DNA of 64,000 nt from Acidimicrobiaceae bacterium (GCA_020637295.1 JACJWF010000004.1:170228-234227); one strand, 5' to 3'; shown: positions 19,303 to 28,315, counted from the first letter of the stretch. Translations and numbers: made by a program. The notes: generated by a model not told the origin, from the letters alone.

Positions 19303-20850
19303 ATGATCGAATCCGCTGCCGACGCGCCGACCAGCCTGGACCACCGGGTCGGCGAACTGGCCGACCGCTACCTGCCCCTCGCGGTGAGCGTCCTGAAGGA
19401 GGCCATCCGCATCCCTGCCGATGACCAGGACGACCCGCAGGCCGGGCTGTCCAACCACGAGGGGCACCGGCTGCAGTTCCTGCGCGGTGCCATCGTCGAC
19501 CTGGCCGCGGTGGAGCGCGAGGGCGACGTGGGTTTCGATGACTTCGGCAACCTGGTGTGGACGGTCAGCGATCCGTTCGACGGGGTGGCGCCGGAGCACC
19601 GCCGGGTGATCATGCTGGACGGCCACAGCGACACGGTGCAGGCCCTGCGCAGCCAGTGGGCCGAGAAGCTCGGCGCCGCGGTCGACCCGTACGACGGCCG
19701 CCGCGACGGTGTGCCGCTCGACGAAGGCGCGCTGCGCGCCCAGCTGGGTTGGGTGCCACCGGAGGAGGAGTGGCACCACCTCCTGTTCGGTCGTGGCGCG
19801 GCGGATCAGCTGGCCGGTGTCGTGTCACAGATCATCGCCACCAAGATCCTCCTCGAGCTGCGCGACGAGGGTGCGCTGCGGGGGTGCATGGTGCGCGCCT
19901 ACGCCACCGTCGCGGAGGAGGACAACGACGGCGGCGGGCCCCGCCACCTGGTGCGCGACGTGCTGCCGGGAGCACCGGCCGATCTGGTGCCCGACGTGGT
20001 GATCCTCACCGAGGGCACGGGCGATGCGGTGAAGGGCGCGCTGGGCATCTATCGCGGGCAGCGCGGCCGGATGCAGATCGAGGTCACCGTGGTCGGCCGG
20101 TCGTGCCACGGCTCGATGCCGGCCCTGGGGCTGAACCCTCTGGAGCACGGCGGGGCGATCCTCGCCGAAGCAGCAGCCCGCCACGCCCGTGGTGAGGGGA
20201 TGCTCGACCACCCGGTGGTGGGCAGGGGCACCCGCACGGCGAGCTGGGCGGTGCTGGACACGCCGAGCGACTGCGCCGTGCCGGACCGTTTCACGTTCCG
20301 GTTCGACCGCCGGCTGACGGTGGGCGAGACGCCGGAGCAGGCGGTCGCCGAGATCGACGGGCTGGACGCCGTGGCCGCAGCACGGGCCGCCGGGCTGGAC
20401 GTGCTGGTGGCGGTGCCCCGCTACACCACGCCCACATGGGCCGGCTGCGCGGTGGACAACGAGCAGGTCTACCCGGGCTGGATCACGCCCGAGGACCATC
20501 CAGCCGTCACCGCCGCGGTGGAGGCCTACCGCCGCGTCGTGTCACCCCTGGTGCAGGAGCCGCCAGGCGGTGCCACGGGTGCCATGCTGCGGGCCGAGCC
20601 CCGGGTGGACACATGGGTGTTCTCCACGGACGGTGTGGGCTTCCCGGTGCCGGCGGGCGATGAGAGCATCGCCGTGCCGCCCGCCAAGCGGTGGGTGGTG
20701 TCGGGGGCGGTGCGTCACCCGGCCATGTTCGGCATCGGCGCCGGCGTGGAGCAGAACACCCATCGCATCGGCGAGTTCGTGGACACCCGCGAGCTCCGCC
20801 ACGCCATCGCCGTCCTGGCCCGCTTCCCCAGCCTCTTCGCCGCCACCTGA
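19303..20850 (+). CDS. ygeY: YgeY-like M20-family amidohydrolase/peptidase
   Basis: YRGQRGRMQIEVTVVGRSCHGSMP, DRRLTVGET and WVFSTDG match remembered YgeY blocks. At 515 aa it is longer than E. coli YgeY, with insertions. Confidence 0.7.
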   Translation: MIESAADAPTSLDHRVGELADRYLPLAVSVLKEAIRIPADDQDDPQAGLSNHEGHRLQFLRGAIVDLAAVEREGDVGFDDFGNLVWTVSDPFDGVAPEHRRVIMLDGHSDTVQALRSQWAEKLGAAVDPYDGRRDGVPLDEGALRAQLGWVPPEEEWHHLLFGRGAADQLAGVVSQIIATKILLELRDEGALRGCMVRAYATVAEEDNDGGGPRHLVRDVLPGAPADLVPDVVILTEGTGDAVKGALGIYRGQRGRMQIEVTVVGRSCHGSMPALGLNPLEHGGAILAEAAARHARGEGMLDHPVVGRGTRTASWAVLDTPSDCAVPDRFTFRFDRRLTVGETPEQAVAEIDGLDAVAAARAAGLDVLVAVPRYTTPTWAGCAVDNEQVYPGWITPEDHPAVTAAVEAYRRVVSPLVQEPPGGATGAMLRAEPRVDTWVFSTDGVGFPVPAGDESIAVPPAKRWVVSGAVRHPAMFGIGAGVEQNTHRIGEFVDTRELRHAIAVLARFPSLFAAT

Positions 20851-20884
20851 CCGGCGGGACGGGGTCGGGGACCCGGACGGCGGG

Positions 20885-21463
20885 TCAGGAGTGCTGCGTG
20901 CGGTAGCGCCAGGTGCGGATGGAGTCCGGCCAGGCGCGGGGCGGCAGGCCGGCCTTGCGCCACAGCGCGCCCACCCACCCGGTGGCGTCGGGGATCTCCT
21001 CCCACACGGACGGCAGGAACGTGGCCCGGTGCCGTCCGGCCTCCACCAGCACGCCGTCCACGCCGGGGCGCAGCGTCGCCACGAGCGCGTCGTAGCCACC
21101 GACCTCGAACGGCTCCATCGGGGTCAGCACCGATACCTCGACCGAGAGGTCGTCCAACTCGTCCGGGCCCAGCGGCGGGAAGCGTGGGTCGTTGAACGCC
21201 GCTGCCCGCGCCCGGTCGGCGGCGGCCAGCGCCAGCGGGAGTTGCGGTGTCATCGTCCCGATGCAGCCGCGCAGCGCGCCGCCGCGGCGCAGGGTGACGA
21301 ACACCGCACCGTCGCGCCGCAGCGCGGCCGGCTCGTCGGCGGTGGAAGGGTCCCAATGATGACGGCGGGTGACGGCGTCGACGACGGCGCGGTGGGCGAT
21401 CGCTGCCAGCCGGGCGAGCTCGGCGCTGGTGAGGTCGGGGGCTGTGCTGGCGTGGGCGTTCAT
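20885..21463 (-). CDS. amrA: AmmeMemoRadiSam system protein A (AMMECR1 domain)
   Basis: GAVFVTLRRGGALRGCIGT...RATFLPSVWEE, 192 aa. ATGA overlap with the upstream MEMO-like gene. Confidence 0.85.
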   Translation of the reverse strand: MNAHASTAPDLTSAELARLAAIAHRAVVDAVTRRHHWDPSTADEPAALRRDGAVFVTLRRGGALRGCIGTMTPQLPLALAAADRARAAAFNDPRFPPLGPDELDDLSVEVSVLTPMEPFEVGGYDALVATLRPGVDGVLVEAGRHRATFLPSVWEEIPDATGWVGALWRKAGLPPRAWPDSIRTWRYRTQHS

Positions 21464-22266
21464 CGGATCTCGAAGCTCCCGTAGCCGACCACCCGGTCCT
21501 CCGGCCCGGCGGTGTCGCCCGACGTGCGCAGGTCCAGCAGGCGCACACGCTGGCCGTGACGCAGGCACAGCTCCATCGCCGCCCGCACCCCGCTGACACC
21601 GCAGGCCTGCTCGCCGCCCAGCCCCGCCCACTGCAGGGCGACGACGGCCTCGGCCGTGGCCAGGTCGATGGCCCGGGCCTCGTGCAGCGGGTGGTAGTGG
21701 CTGAGGTCGGTGGACACCACCACCAGCGTGTCCTCCTTGCCCCACCAGGGGGTGAGGGCGTCGGCGATCTGCGCCGTGCCGTTGCCGCCGGCGATGACCG
21801 GCACCAACTGCCACCCGCCGTCCAGGCTGCGCTGGAGGAAGGGGACGTGCACCTCCAGGCTGTGCTCCTCGGCGTGGGCGCGGTCGTCCACCACCACACC
21901 GGGCAGCGTGGCCATGGCGGCGCACGCCTCGGTGTCCACCTCCACATGCCCGAGTGGCGTCGCCCACGCGGCGGCGCTGCTGAGCGCCAGCCCGCGCACG
22001 GGCGCACGGTGCGGCACCCCGACCAGCACCACCCGCCGGATCTGCGCGGCCCAGGGGCGGACGAGGGCGTACGCCGTGGCGGCGACCGGGCCGGAGTAGA
22101 CGTAGCCGGCGTGGGGGGCGATCACCGCCACCGGGGGTCGGGTCGGGGTGCCGGTGGCCTGCGGCGGGCGGGCAGCGGCAAGCAACCCGTCGACCGTCCT
22201 GGCCAGTGCCTCCGGGTCGGCCGGGTAGAAGGTCCCCGCCAGTGCGGGCGGTCGAATGCGTGTCAT
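21460..22266 (-). CDS. amrB: AmmeMemoRadiSam system protein B (MEMO1-like)
   Basis: MTRIRPPALAGTFYPADPEAL...VIAPHAGYVYSGPVAA...STDLSHYH, 268 aa. Confidence 0.85.
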   Translation of the reverse strand: MTRIRPPALAGTFYPADPEALARTVDGLLAAARPPQATGTPTRPPVAVIAPHAGYVYSGPVAATAYALVRPWAAQIRRVVLVGVPHRAPVRGLALSSAAAWATPLGHVEVDTEACAAMATLPGVVVDDRAHAEEHSLEVHVPFLQRSLDGGWQLVPVIAGGNGTAQIADALTPWWGKEDTLVVVSTDLSHYHPLHEARAIDLATAEAVVALQWAGLGGEQACGVSGVRAAMELCLRHGQRVRLLDLRTSGDTAGPEDRVVGYGSFEIR

Positions 22267-22285
22267 CGAAACCACCTTCCAGTGC

Positions 22286-23413
22286 TCACGGAGCGTGTGC
22301 CGCAGCCACATCGGCCGGGCTCGACGACAGGCGCACCGGGCGCCGCCGCCTGCCCCACTCGCCGGGTGGGCCGTCGAACACCCCTGCAACCGGGGCGCCG
22401 CACTCGGTGCAGCGTCCGTCGCCCGTCAGCCGGTACGCATCGATGCGGTACCAGTCGCGCACCACGGTGGGCGCACCGCACTCCGGGCAGTGGGTGGTGC
22501 CGCCGACCGTGTCGTGCACATTGCCGGTGTACACGTAGCGCAGGCCGTTGGCGATGGCCACCCGGCGGGCCCGCCGCAGCGTCTCGGGCGGTGTGGGCGG
22601 CACGTCGAGCATCCGGAAGTCGGGGTGGAAGGCGCTGAAGTGCAGCGGCACGTCCGGGCCGAGGTGGTCCGCCACCCACGCGCTCAGCCGGGTGAGCTCG
22701 GCGTCGGAGTCGTTGTGCCCAGGGATGACGAGGGTGGTGACCTCCACCCACACCCCGTTGGCCACCAGCCACTCCAGGGTGTCCAGCACGGGCTGCAGGT
22801 GACCGCCGCACACATGGCGGTAGAAGTCCTCGGTGAACCCCTTGAGATCGATGTTCGCCGCATCGATGCGCGAGAATAGTTCCGCCCGCGGCCCCTCGTG
22901 CACGTAGCCGGCGCTCACCGCCACGGTGCGCAGGCCGGCCGCGTGGCAGGCGTCGGCCGTGTCCGCGGCGTACTCGAGGAAGACCACCGGGTCGTTGTAG
23001 GTGAAGGCAACGCTGGCGCAGCCTTGGGCGATCGCAGCGCGGGCGATGCCCTCCGGGCCGGCGGCATCGGCGAGGGTGTCCGTGCTGCGGCTCTTGGAGA
23101 TGTCCCAGTTCTGGCAGAAGCGACACGCCAGGTTGCAGCCGGCCGTCCCGAACGACAGCACGGACGAGCCGGGCAGGAAGTGGTTGAGTGGCTTCTTCTC
23201 GATCGGGTCCACGCAGAAGCCACTGCTGCGGCCGTACGTGGTGAGCACGATCTCGTCGTGCTCGCGGGCCCGCACGAAGCACAGCCCGCGCTGTCCCTCG
23301 CGCAGCGAGCACCCCCTCGGGCACACGTCGCAGCGGATCCGCCCGTCGTCCAGGCGGGTCCACCACCGTGTCGGGAAGCTCGCTGGCGGCTGTTCCACGC
23401 CTTCAGGATGCAC
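22286..23413 (-). CDS. amrS: AmmeMemoRadiSam system radical SAM enzyme
   Basis: CNLACRFCQNW (CX3CX2C), an N-terminal Cys motif IRCDVCPRGCSL, and a C-terminal CPECG...CTECG ribbon. I chose the GTG start at 23413 (alternative 23398) because the upstream ATGs would overlap the divergent lipoprotein gene. Confidence 0.8.
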   Translation of the reverse strand: MHPEGVEQPPASFPTRWWTRLDDGRIRCDVCPRGCSLREGQRGLCFVRAREHDEIVLTTYGRSSGFCVDPIEKKPLNHFLPGSSVLSFGTAGCNLACRFCQNWDISKSRSTDTLADAAGPEGIARAAIAQGCASVAFTYNDPVVFLEYAADTADACHAAGLRTVAVSAGYVHEGPRAELFSRIDAANIDLKGFTEDFYRHVCGGHLQPVLDTLEWLVANGVWVEVTTLVIPGHNDSDAELTRLSAWVADHLGPDVPLHFSAFHPDFRMLDVPPTPPETLRRARRVAIANGLRYVYTGNVHDTVGGTTHCPECGAPTVVRDWYRIDAYRLTGDGRCTECGAPVAGVFDGPPGEWGRRRRPVRLSSSPADVAAAHAP

Positions 23414-23492
23414 CCTCGGCGCCCGCCGCGTACAGCGCCCTTGGTCCTTCGCCGGGCCGGGTGCGGCGGGCGGCGCGGGGTACCATGCCGCG

Positions 23493-24155
23493 ATGCGAGG
23501 GGCGGGGAGGGCCATCACCGGGCTGTTCGGGGCTGTCATGGTCCTCATCACCGGGTGCTCCGCGGACTCCACGGTCACCGTGGTGCGCGACGCCGACGAC
23601 GTGCAGGTGATGTCGCCCGAGCAGGTGCTGCAGCAGCGGCTTCCGGCGGTCACCACCACGGTGCCGGGCGCCTCGGACAGTTCGGTGCCGGCCGGAGCCG
23701 GTCAGCCACCGGCCACCACCGCGGCGGCCGACACCATCCCGCTCAACCAGGACGACCGCCCGCCGGAGGTGCGCCTGTTCGCCGCGTTCGGGGAGTTCCG
23801 CGGCTGCCTGGAGGACAAGGGCTACGTGATCGAGGGCAACCTGCTGGACCCGAACAACCCGGCCATGCAGGACAGCGCGTACCGCGACGCGGTCATCACC
23901 TGCGCCGCCCGTTCGGACATCGTCGCCGTCCTCCAGGAGGTGCAGGCCACTCGGGCCAACCTCACGCCGGAGGAGGTGGAGCAGCGCAACGAGGTGTTCG
24001 TCGCGTTGCGCGACTGCCTGCGCGACAAGGGATGGACGGTGGAAGCCACCACCAGCGAGATCGGCCTCCTGGAGCCCACCGAGTTCCACGACGCCGACGG
24101 CGAGCTCGACGAGCGGGACATCAACCAGTGCCTGTCGGAGATGAACATCGGATGA
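23493..24155 (+). CDS. Lipoprotein with an internally duplicated 2-Cys module, function unknown
   Basis: Lipobox LITGC. Two copies of [FL]RxCLxDKG[YW]x[IV]E...C, at about aa 95-140 and 165-214. Confidence 0.7.
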   Translation: MRGAGRAITGLFGAVMVLITGCSADSTVTVVRDADDVQVMSPEQVLQQRLPAVTTTVPGASDSSVPAGAGQPPATTAAADTIPLNQDDRPPEVRLFAAFGEFRGCLEDKGYVIEGNLLDPNNPAMQDSAYRDAVITCAARSDIVAVLQEVQATRANLTPEEVEQRNEVFVALRDCLRDKGWTVEATTSEIGLLEPTEFHDADGELDERDINQCLSEMNIG

Positions 24156-24174
24156 CCAGTCAACGGGGAGACGG

Positions 24175-26343
24175 ATGAGGACCAGAACGGCCCTGATCGG
24201 GGGAGTGGTGGCCGTCGGCCTGGTCGGCGGCGGCCTGCTCATCGGCCGGGCGGCGACGGACGACAGTGCGCCGCGGCAGCTGCTGATCGTGCCCCGGCCG
24301 GTGGAGCGCCGCGACCTCGACGACGTGCTGACGATCAGCGGCGAGATCCGCCGCGACGAGATCCAGACGATCAACCTGCCGGTGGACGGCAAGGTCAGCA
24401 GCCTCGAGGTGGAGGACGGCGACACGATCGAGGAGGGCGACTCGCTGTTCGCCCTCGACGGCCGCACGTCGGTGGCCGTCGTCGGTGACTTCGCGTTCTA
24501 CCGCCGGCTGGACGTCGGCAGTGAGGGACCCGACGTCCGCCAGTTGGAGACCATCCTGGTGGCGGCCGGCTACCCGATCTCCTCCGTCGACACCCTGTAC
24601 ACGGAAGAGACCCGCCAGGCGCTGACGGCCTGGCAGGCGGATCACGGCTACGGCGGGGCCACCCCGGAGCCGGTGGAGACGATCACCGTCGGCCTGTCGC
24701 CCAACCAGGCCGGATACACCATCGGGAAGGCCAACACCGTCGCCTACTCGATCGTGCCCAGTGCCGCGCTGGGTGGGGCTCGTTCGCCCCACCTCCCCGA
24801 GAGCCGCCCCGCCGCCCCGCGGGGCACACCGCAGAAGCCGATCATCACGCTCGGCGCCGACCTCACCGAGGTGGTGGAGGGTGGCCAGGTGGTGTTCACG
24901 TTCGTGGCCAACCCGGCGCCGGCCAACGACATCACCGTGGACCTCACGATCGGCGGCGATGCCACCGGCGGCACGGACCCCGACGACGGGGCGGACTACC
25001 AGCAGATCACCAACAGCTTCCTGTTCCCCTCCGGGCAGACCAGCTACAGCATCAGCGTGCCGGTGTTCGTGGACGACGTGAAGGAGGACGGCGAGGAGAT
25101 CGTCGTCTCGCTGACGGACCAGTTCGGCAACGACCCCAACTATGTGGTCGGCCCGGCCAACCAGGCCCGGGTGACGATCCTCCCGAACGGCGACGACCTC
25201 GTGCCGGTCATCACGGTCACGTCGAACGCCAGCGTGGTGCGCGAAGGCGGCACCGTCACGTTCACGTTCCGCTCCACCGTGGAGTCCAACCAGCCGCTGG
25301 ACCTCGTGATCGCCCTGGGCGGCGGGGCGACCAACGGCTCCGACTACGTCGAAGTGGAACGCGACGACGTCACCATCCCCGCCGGGCAGACGTCGGCCAC
25401 CTTGCAGGTGCAGACCCGCGACGACGACCGTGTGGAGGGCGACGAGCGCATCGTCGTGGCCGTGGTGCCCAACCCGGACGACCCCCCGGGCAGTCCCAGC
25501 TACACGGTGGGCAACCCGGGCAGCGCCGCGGCCACCATCGAGAGCGACGACCTGCCGGAGCTCACCCTGCGCGGGGGCGGCGACATCCGCGAGGGCGGGT
25601 CGGCGTCGTTCACCATCGTCGCCAATGCGCCGGTGGCGGAGGACACCTCGGTCAACTACCAGGTGGGCGGCACCGCCCAGCCGGGCAGCGACTACGACAC
25701 CCTCACGGGCACGGTCATCCTCCCGGCGGGCCACAGCCAGATCACCGTTGCGATCACGACCATCGACGACGACGTGGTGTTCCTGCCGAGCGACATGGTG
25801 GTGGCCGACTGGCCGGCGCGGATCGGCACCGTCGACGTGGACGAGGGTGAGTTCGTGCTGCAGGGCGCCCCGGTGCTGACGCTCACCGAACCGGTGTTCA
25901 CGATCACGTTGGCGGTCAGCGCGTCGGATCGTGCCGAGTTGGAGGTGGGGCAGAAGGCGGAGGTCCACCTGGACGCTGCGGATGCCGACTTCACCGGCAT
26001 CATCGCCACCCTGGACGAGACGGCGACCGTGGACCAGAGCGGTGCCGAGACCTACGAGGGCACTGTGGAGGTGGAGGGCGAACTGGTGGCTGTGGACGGC
26101 GCCCGGGTCACCATCGACGTCACCCTGGCAGAACGGCTGGGCGTGCTGGTGGTGCCCGTGGCCGCCGTGCTGCGCTCCGCCGGAGGCGACCAGGTTCGGG
26201 TGATCAACGACGAAGGCACGATCAGCCGGGTCGATGTCACCATCGGCCTGATCGACGGCGAGTGGGTGGAGGTCGTCGACGGCCTGCGCGGCGACGAACT
26301 GGTGGTGGTGGACGTGGACCCGGAGGCCGACACCAGTGGGTGA
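24175..26343 (+). CDS. Membrane-fusion (HlyD/MacA-type) periplasmic adaptor with a peptidoglycan-binding segment and three Calx-beta-like modules
   Basis: N-terminal TM. Split lipoyl halves (INLPVDGKVSSLEVEDGDTIEEGDSLFALD ... ARIGTVDVDEGEFVLQGAPVLTL). PG_binding_1-like GPDVRQLETILVAAGY...TRQALTAWQADHGY. A C-terminal beta-barrel/MP domain. 722 aa. Confidence 0.75.
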   Translation: MRTRTALIGGVVAVGLVGGGLLIGRAATDDSAPRQLLIVPRPVERRDLDDVLTISGEIRRDEIQTINLPVDGKVSSLEVEDGDTIEEGDSLFALDGRTSVAVVGDFAFYRRLDVGSEGPDVRQLETILVAAGYPISSVDTLYTEETRQALTAWQADHGYGGATPEPVETITVGLSPNQAGYTIGKANTVAYSIVPSAALGGARSPHLPESRPAAPRGTPQKPIITLGADLTEVVEGGQVVFTFVANPAPANDITVDLTIGGDATGGTDPDDGADYQQITNSFLFPSGQTSYSISVPVFVDDVKEDGEEIVVSLTDQFGNDPNYVVGPANQARVTILPNGDDLVPVITVTSNASVVREGGTVTFTFRSTVESNQPLDLVIALGGGATNGSDYVEVERDDVTIPAGQTSATLQVQTRDDDRVEGDERIVVAVVPNPDDPPGSPSYTVGNPGSAAATIESDDLPELTLRGGGDIREGGSASFTIVANAPVAEDTSVNYQVGGTAQPGSDYDTLTGTVILPAGHSQITVAITTIDDDVVFLPSDMVVADWPARIGTVDVDEGEFVLQGAPVLTLTEPVFTITLAVSASDRAELEVGQKAEVHLDAADADFTGIIATLDETATVDQSGAETYEGTVEVEGELVAVDGARVTIDVTLAERLGVLVVPVAAVLRSAGGDQVRVINDEGTISRVDVTIGLIDGEWVEVVDGLRGDELVVVDVDPEADTSG
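24838..25779 (+). repeat. Three tandem coding repeats of about 105-115 aa (Calx-beta-like) inside the adaptor gene
   Basis: Each unit has xEGGxVxFT(F/I)...(D/G)xDY...(F/I/L)P(S/A)GQTSxx(I/L)xVxxxDDxxxEGxExI(V)V. The units span about aa 222-338, 343-458 and 461-535. Confidence 0.65.
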
Positions 26344-27043
26344 CGCGGACGTCCAGCCGGTCCTCGAACTGGAGCACGTGTCGCGGGTGTACGGGGACGG
26401 CGACGCTGCGGTCACCGCGCTGCACGACGTGTCGCTCCGCGTGATGCCCGGCGACTTCCTGTCGATCATGGGGCCATCCGGCTCCGGCAAGTCCACGATG
26501 CTCGGCCTGCTCGGCTGCCTGGACCTGCCGACCACCGGCACCATCCGGGTCGGCGGTCACGAGGTGACGGCGATGGACGATGCCGAGCGCAGTCGGGTGC
26601 GCGGCCGGGAGATCGGCTTCGTCTTCCAGCAGTTCCATCTCATCCCTCACCTGGATGCGATGGGCAATGTGGAGACCGCCCTGCTCTACCGTGGCCTGCG
26701 CCCGCGGGAACGCCGGGACCGGGCGATGCACGCGCTGGACCGCGTGGGCCTGGCCCACCGCCACGACCACCGGCCGGTGCAGTTGAGCGGCGGCGAGCAG
26801 CAGCGCGTGGCGCTGGCCCGCGCGCTGGTGACCGAGCCGCGCATCCTCCTCGGCGACGAGCCCACGGGCGCGCTGGACTCCAAGAACGCCGAGAACGTGA
26901 TGGAGATCTTCGCCTCGTTGCAGTCCCCTGAGCGGGCCGTGGTGCTGGTCACCCATGATCCCGGTGTCGGTGCCGCGGCGGAGCGCCGCGTGCGGATGCG
27001 CGACGGGGAGATCGTCGCCGACGAGCGGGCGGTCCGCGCGTGA
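26336..27043 (+). CDS. ABC transporter ATP-binding protein (MacB/LolD type)
   Basis: Walker A GPSGSGKST, signature LSGGEQQRVALARAL, Walker B ILLGDEPTGALD. GTG start overlaps the adaptor stop by 8 nt. Confidence 0.9.
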   Translation: MGDADVQPVLELEHVSRVYGDGDAAVTALHDVSLRVMPGDFLSIMGPSGSGKSTMLGLLGCLDLPTTGTIRVGGHEVTAMDDAERSRVRGREIGFVFQQFHLIPHLDAMGNVETALLYRGLRPRERRDRAMHALDRVGLAHRHDHRPVQLSGGEQQRVALARALVTEPRILLGDEPTGALDSKNAENVMEIFASLQSPERAVVLVTHDPGVGAAAERRVRMRDGEIVADERAVRA

Positions 27044-28227
27044 GACGGGTGCGCGAACTGATCACGGTGGCCCTGGTTGGCCTGTTCGCCCGCAAGGTGC
27101 GCACCGCGCTGCTGCTGCTCGGGCCCACCATCGGTGTGGCTGCGATCATCGCCGCGGTGGGCCTGACGGACAGCGCCAAGGGCGATCTGAAGCGCAAGGT
27201 GGCCGAACTGGGCACGAACCTGATCGAGGCGTCCGCGGCGAGTGCGTTCGGGTCGCAGAACCCGGTGCTGCCCACCGACGCGGTGGAGCGGGCGCGGACG
27301 GTCGTGACGGTGGACGGCGTGTCGGCCGTGCGCGAGTTGAGCGACATCGTCGTCACCCCGTACGAGGAGGCCACGGAGAAGTTCGAGGTCGTGCCGGTGC
27401 CGGTGCTCGCCGCCGATGCCGAACTGCCGGGGGTGCTCCAGGTGCCCATGATCAGCGGCCGCTGGCTGGACCCGTTCGACGAGGGGCCGGGCGTGCGCAG
27501 TGCCGTGATCGGTATCGGGCTGGCCCGCGAGTTCGATTACCTCCCCGGTGAGGTCCGCTCGATCGTGCTCGACGACCACGAGTACGCCGTGATCGGCGTG
27601 CTCGGTCAGGTCGAACTGGAGCCGGCCTTCGACAACGCCGTGTTCATCTCCTTCCGCGCTGCGGACGACGACTTCGTGGAGGACGACATCCAGCCGAACA
27701 AGCTCTACGTCCGCGCCGCGGACGGGACCGAGAGCGACACGGCCGAGGCGCTGAAGGTGGCGGTGGGTCTCGGCGGGCCCACCGAGGTGAACACGGAGTT
27801 GAAGTCCGAAGCGCTGGAGTTGGCGTCGCAGAGCGACCGCCAACTACAACTCATCGTCGTGGCGATGGGCCTGCTGGCGATCGTGGTCGGTGGCATCGGC
27901 ATCGCCAACGTGATGTCGATCTCCGTCATCCAGCGCTCCAGCGAGATCGGCATCCGCCGCGCGCTCGGCCACACCCGCGGCACCATCGCGCTGCAGTTCC
28001 TGTTCGAGGCCATCGTCGTCGGTGTGCTGGGCGGGATGCTGGGCGTGCTCACGGGTGTGGCCGCGATCGGCGTCGGCGTGGCGATGGCCGGATGGGTGTT
28101 CACCCTCCAGCCGGTGCTGGTGCCCGGCGGCATCATCCTGGCCGTCGCCATCTCCGTGCTCGCCGGCCTGTACCCGGCGGTTCGAGCCGCCCGCCTGGAG
28201 CCGCTGGAGACCTTGCGCCTCGGCTGA
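27040..28227 (+). CDS. ABC transporter permease, FtsX/MacB type
   Basis: TM1, then a large extracytoplasmic domain, then three C-terminal TMs. RRALGHTRGTIALQF motif. 4-nt overlap with the ATPase gene. Confidence 0.85.
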   Translation: MRRVRELITVALVGLFARKVRTALLLLGPTIGVAAIIAAVGLTDSAKGDLKRKVAELGTNLIEASAASAFGSQNPVLPTDAVERARTVVTVDGVSAVRELSDIVVTPYEEATEKFEVVPVPVLAADAELPGVLQVPMISGRWLDPFDEGPGVRSAVIGIGLAREFDYLPGEVRSIVLDDHEYAVIGVLGQVELEPAFDNAVFISFRAADDDFVEDDIQPNKLYVRAADGTESDTAEALKVAVGLGGPTEVNTELKSEALELASQSDRQLQLIVVAMGLLAIVVGGIGIANVMSISVIQRSSEIGIRRALGHTRGTIALQFLFEAIVVGVLGGMLGVLTGVAAIGVGVAMAGWVFTLQPVLVPGGIILAVAISVLAGLYPAVRAARLEPLETLRLG

Positions 28228-28315
28228 GCCGCCCGGACGGACCGGGGGCAAGTTCTCGACGACGCTTGGACGTGCTCTCACCTTCCTCCAACCGTCGCGG
28301 CGCACCGTGTGCGTC

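Noticed and set aside
24160-26544. A 794-aa ORF on the minus strand
   Set aside because: It is antisense to the membrane-fusion adaptor, whose lipoyl, PG-binding and repeat motifs are unambiguous. It has no recognisable motifs of its own.
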